From: Escherichia coli
Lineage (GTDB): Bacteria > Pseudomonadota > Gammaproteobacteria > Enterobacterales > Enterobacteriaceae
Reading direction: 5' to 3' (one strand)
DNA: 1,853 nucleotides
NCBI RefSeq assembly: GCF_003334335.1
Contig: NZ_QOWQ01000098.1
Below, piece by piece: positions 1 to 1,853 of the stretch. The notes below the pieces were generated by a model, which was not told the origin of the DNA, did no database searches, and saw nothing but the letters and a program-made list of their open reading frames with translations. Each line of letters starts with the position of its first letter. The stretch's first letter is position 1. A program made the translations under genes and the position numbers.

Positions 1-631
1 GTGGTCCGGGTGGTCCGGCCTCTCCACGTGGGCCGGTGTCACCTTTCGGCCCCGGCGGTCCGCCCGGGTCACCTTTATCGCCCTTCGGTCCCTGTGGACC
101 TGTTTCTCCCCGTTCTCCCTTTGGCCCCGGCTCACCTTTTGGTCCGACCGCCCCCGTTGCCCCGGCTGGTCCCTGTGCCCCTGTGGCACCCTGTGGACCT
201 GTGTCCCCCTTCTCGCCCGCCGGTCCCCGGGCATTCTCTGCCCGTTTCTTCGCTTCCTCTGCACTCGCCGCCGACGCTTCAGCACGCTTCAGGATTTCCG
301 CTGCCACCGCTTCCAGCTCTGCAAGCGCTTTCGGGTAATACTGCGCCTCATCCTGTTCCATCAGAAATTTATTCAGCGTTCCCGGCTCAGAATCCGCCTT
401 CACCAGAATGTCACCCACATACGACGGGGCGTACCCTTCCGTGTTCAGCGTCACCCGGTACCACCCCGGCTCCACATCAAAACTGTAACTGCCGGTTTCC
501 CCCGGCTGCCCCTGCGCCACCGTGGTGACTATCACTGTCTCTGTGGTGCGTCGCGCTTTCAGCTCTATGGTGCATCCCGGCACCGGCTTCCCGGTGCCGT
601 CCTTCAGCACGCCCGATATTCTGACTGTCAT
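1..631 (-). CDS. stf: Side tail fibre protein, Stf-like N-terminal domain followed by collagen-like Gly-X-Y repeats; partial, 3' end runs off the window start
   Basis: The minus-strand frame (plus-strand triplets starting at position 2) is open from the ATG at 629-631 to the window edge; I checked every plus triplet in that frame for tta/cta/tca and found none. GGGAGA lies 5 nt upstream of the ATG. The translation [28 protein letters not shown]... matches, from memory, the N-terminus of lambda Stf ([17 protein letters not shown]...). Residues ~136-210 are Gly-X-Y triplets ([55 protein letters not shown]...). It is absent from the supplied ORF track, probably because it has no in-window stop. 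Confidence 0.8.
   Translation of the reverse strand, partial: MTVRISGVLKDGTGKPVPGCTIELKARRTTETVIVTTVAQGQPGETGSYSFDVEPGWYRVTLNTEGYAPSYVGDILVKADSEPGTLNKFLMEQDEAQYYPKALAELEAVAAEILKRAEASAASAEEAKKRAENARGPAGEKGDTGPQGATGAQGPAGATGAVGPKGEPGPKGERGETGPQGPKGDKGDPGGPPGPKGDTGPRGEAGPPGP
2..226 (-). repeat. Collagen-like Gly-X-Y triplet-repeat coding region within the stf-like gene
   Basis: Nineteen consecutive G-X-Y triplets from residue 136 (plus ~226) are followed by a 1-residue register shift and then more triplets to the window edge. Very GC-rich DNA (hand count 45/60 G+C over 1-60). A 14-bp exact direct repeat CCCTGTGGACCTGT occurs at 90-103 and 189-202. The proline-rich plus-strand ORFs 1..528 and 36..338 are the antisense shadow of these Gly/Pro codons. 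Confidence 0.8.
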
Positions 632-636
632 AGATT

Positions 637-642
637 TCTCCC
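637..642 (-). promoter_or_regulatory. Shine-Dalgarno sequence for the stf-like gene
   Basis: Plus-strand tctccc at 637-642 reads GGGAGA on the minus strand, separated by a 5-nt spacer (AATCT) from the ATG at 629-631. Confidence 0.6.
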
Positions 643-644
643 AT

Positions 645-677
645 AAAAAAAACCGCAGTACCGGTTACCCGGTCTGC
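645..677 (-). terminator. Intrinsic-terminator-like hairpin plus T8 tract between J and stf, on the coding (minus) strand
   Basis: The minus strand reads GCAGACCGG-GTAA-CCGGTACTGC (9-bp GC-rich stem with a 1-nt bulge and a 4-nt loop; plus coordinates 655-677), then GG, then TTTTTTTT (plus-strand A8 at 645-652). The T-run ends 13 nt before the stf ATG. Pairing was done by hand; no free energy was computed. Confidence 0.45.
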
Positions 678-713
678 GATCAGGGGTATAAATTGTGACT
701 GGCTGGTGTTAAA

Positions 714-737
714 GGGTGCCGTCAGTCAAAGGCACCC
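714..737. other. Inverted repeat / potential stem-loop in the J-stf spacer
   Basis: GGGTGCC (714-720) and GGCACCC (731-737) form a perfect 7-bp inverted repeat around a 10-nt loop. It is not followed by a convincing U-tract on either strand (the minus strand continues TTTAACACC). Confidence 0.25.
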
Positions 738-815
738 GTGGATAATGTACGATGTCCGGCTTTTGTCGTTTTCCGTCAATCACGAACAGATGGATGAAAC
801 CTCACTATCCACCTG

Positions 816-1853
816 TCACGATGCGGTATCAAAATCGTCTGTATAGGATTTCAGGTAAAACAGAACCGGGTCCGGGATCCGAATTTGACTCGTATCATGA
901 AGTATTGAACCACCCATGTAAAAAAGCACACCTGCTTCATACCTGAATGTAATTTCAACCCGCGCATCACCCTGTCCGGCAGGAATACCCCATGAGCCTG
1001 ACGCACTTCCGCCAACATCAGAATATACCGGCTCATATCTGCTGGCGTTTTTGGAAATCTGGACCTCCCGCTCCCCGGTTTTGACTTTGCCTGACCTGGC
1101 ATGAACGACAACTTTGTCATTTATCTTCATGATGAATTCACCTCTGGAAAAGGAATACGCCATAAGCATAAGCTTGCGATCAAACGGCATGTTGTCTTTC
1201 AGCAAAATCATTTTCTGAAAAGTCAGCTGGTTCTGAGTCATTACGCCCTGCCCCATATCAACCGTGTATCCCTTGACGATATCACCAATGATTCGGTCAG
1301 CGCTCATCGTTCCATTAATGGTGCAGTCTTCCGCAATCGTCACGTTATTCAGCGTACCGGAACTGGCACTGATATTCCCGCTGATATCGGCATTACGGGC
1401 CGTCAGCCTGCCGTCCGGCGTCAGGGAGAATGCCGGGGGATTGCCGCCGCTGGTAATGGTGGGGGCGGTGAGCGTCTTTATCAGCGCCTCATTGATAAAC
1501 GTCTGTCCCCCCTGCGTGACCAGTGCGGGTGTGGTATCACCATTCTCCGGATTAATGAATGCCACGCGGTCCGCTGCCAGCAGTATCTGGCTCTGCATCC
1601 CGTCAGGGGTGTTCTCAATACCGGCACCGATACCGGCAATATAGCGACGACCATCCTGCATCTGCTGTAGCTTCACCGCCCACATGCTGTTCAGGTCATT
1701 ATTTGTGTCCGTCTGCACACGCTGGATTTGCTGTATGGTGGCGTTCTGGTCCTCCAGCGTTTTACTGACCGTCTGCGTGATTTCATTGCGGGTTTCTGTG
1801 ATGGTGGTCTGCATTTCCGCCATCTCGTCCTTCAGCTGACTGTTGTCAATCTC
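816..1853 (-). CDS. J: Host specificity protein J (tail tip / central tail fibre), C-terminal portion; partial, 5' end lies beyond the window end
   Basis: The ORF track gives 816..1823 minus (335 aa) with the TGA stop at 816-818. The same frame stays open from 1824 to 1853 (…EIDNSQLKDE before the listed M), so the M at 1821-1823 is internal and not the true start. The translation contains MWAVKLQQMQDG, YIAGIGAGIENTPDGMQSQILLAADR, LTAPTITSGGNPPAFSLTPDG and NVTIAEDCTINGT, which I recognise as the conserved C-terminal third of lambda gpJ. The last ~151 aa diverge (see findings). Confidence 0.9.
   Translation of the reverse strand, partial: EIDNSQLKDEMAEMQTTITETRNEITQTVSKTLEDQNATIQQIQRVQTDTNNDLNSMWAVKLQQMQDGRRYIAGIGAGIENTPDGMQSQILLAADRVAFINPENGDTTPALVTQGGQTFINEALIKTLTAPTITSGGNPPAFSLTPDGRLTARNADISGNISASSGTLNNVTIAEDCTINGTMSADRIIGDIVKGYTVDMGQGVMTQNQLTFQKMILLKDNMPFDRKLMLMAYSFSRGEFIMKINDKVVVHARSGKVKTGEREVQISKNASRYEPVYSDVGGSASGSWGIPAGQGDARVEITFRYEAGVLFYMGGSILHDTSQIRIPDPVLFYLKSYTDDFDTAS

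Noticed and set aside
1-528. Plus-strand ORFs 1..528 (175 aa) and 36..338 (100 aa) with proline-rich translations
   Set aside because: They are the antisense shadow of the collagen-like Gly-X-Y codons (GGN read backwards gives NCC, i.e. Pro). They have no RBS, and the opposite strand carries a recognisable Stf-like protein with a proper start and SD.
642-644. Second minus-strand ATG immediately upstream of the stf start
   Set aside because: It is out of frame with the Stf-like reading frame, overlaps the GGGAGA SD, and is preceded only by the T8 tract. The ATG at 629-631 gives the Stf-matching N-terminus.
702-709. Chi-like octamer GCTGGTGT
   Set aside because: It has one mismatch to Chi (GCTGGTGG) at the last base, and Chi is strictly sequence-specific.
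724-779. Sigma70-like -35 hexamers on the minus strand (TTGACG near 774-779, TTGACT near 724-729) that might drive stf independently
   Set aside because: Neither has a credible -10 hexamer at 16-18 bp spacing (the best are GACATC and TTTAAC-type matches), so I do not call a promoter.
752-946. Plus-strand ORF 752..946 (64 aa) running from the spacer into the 3' end of J
   Set aside because: It is antisense and convergent with J, has no Shine-Dalgarno upstream of its ATG, and its translation is unrecognisable.
851-1120. Minus-strand ORF 851..1120 (89 aa) overlapping the J 3' region in another frame
   Set aside because: It is wholly embedded out of frame within J on the same strand, has no independent RBS that I can see, and its basic low-complexity translation looks like an overlap artefact.
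632-1271. Possible diversity-generating retroelement target at the variable J C-terminus
   Set aside because: There is no template-repeat copy of the J 3' region in the spacer and no reverse-transcriptase ORF in the window. The variability is better explained by module exchange.
1101-1768. Plus-strand ORFs 1101..1670 (189 aa), 1264..1644 (126 aa) and 1559..1768 (69 aa) inside J
   Set aside because: They are antisense to a well-supported J coding frame, and their translations are low-complexity or unrecognisable. They are typical shadow ORFs.

Overview
This window is the tail-tip end of a lambda-like (lambdoid siphovirus) phage or prophage late operon, with both genes on the minus strand. It holds the 3' ~1 kb of a host-specificity protein J gene (816..1853, 5' end outside the window), a 184-nt spacer, and the first 630 nt of a side-tail-fibre (Stf-like) gene (1..631, 3' end outside the window). 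The Stf-like product runs from a lambda Stf-like N-terminal domain through a short Ala/Glu/Lys-rich linker into collagen-like Gly-X-Y repeats. No lom-like gene lies between J and stf. The spacer carries a hairpin plus T8 terminator-like element directly against the stf ribosome-binding site. I see no RNA genes, CRISPR arrays or mobile-element ends, and no evidence of a wholly new system. The points worth follow-up are the divergent C-terminal module of J, the collagen-like fibre and the junction architecture. All homology statements come from my recollection of lambda J and Stf sequences, not from a database search.
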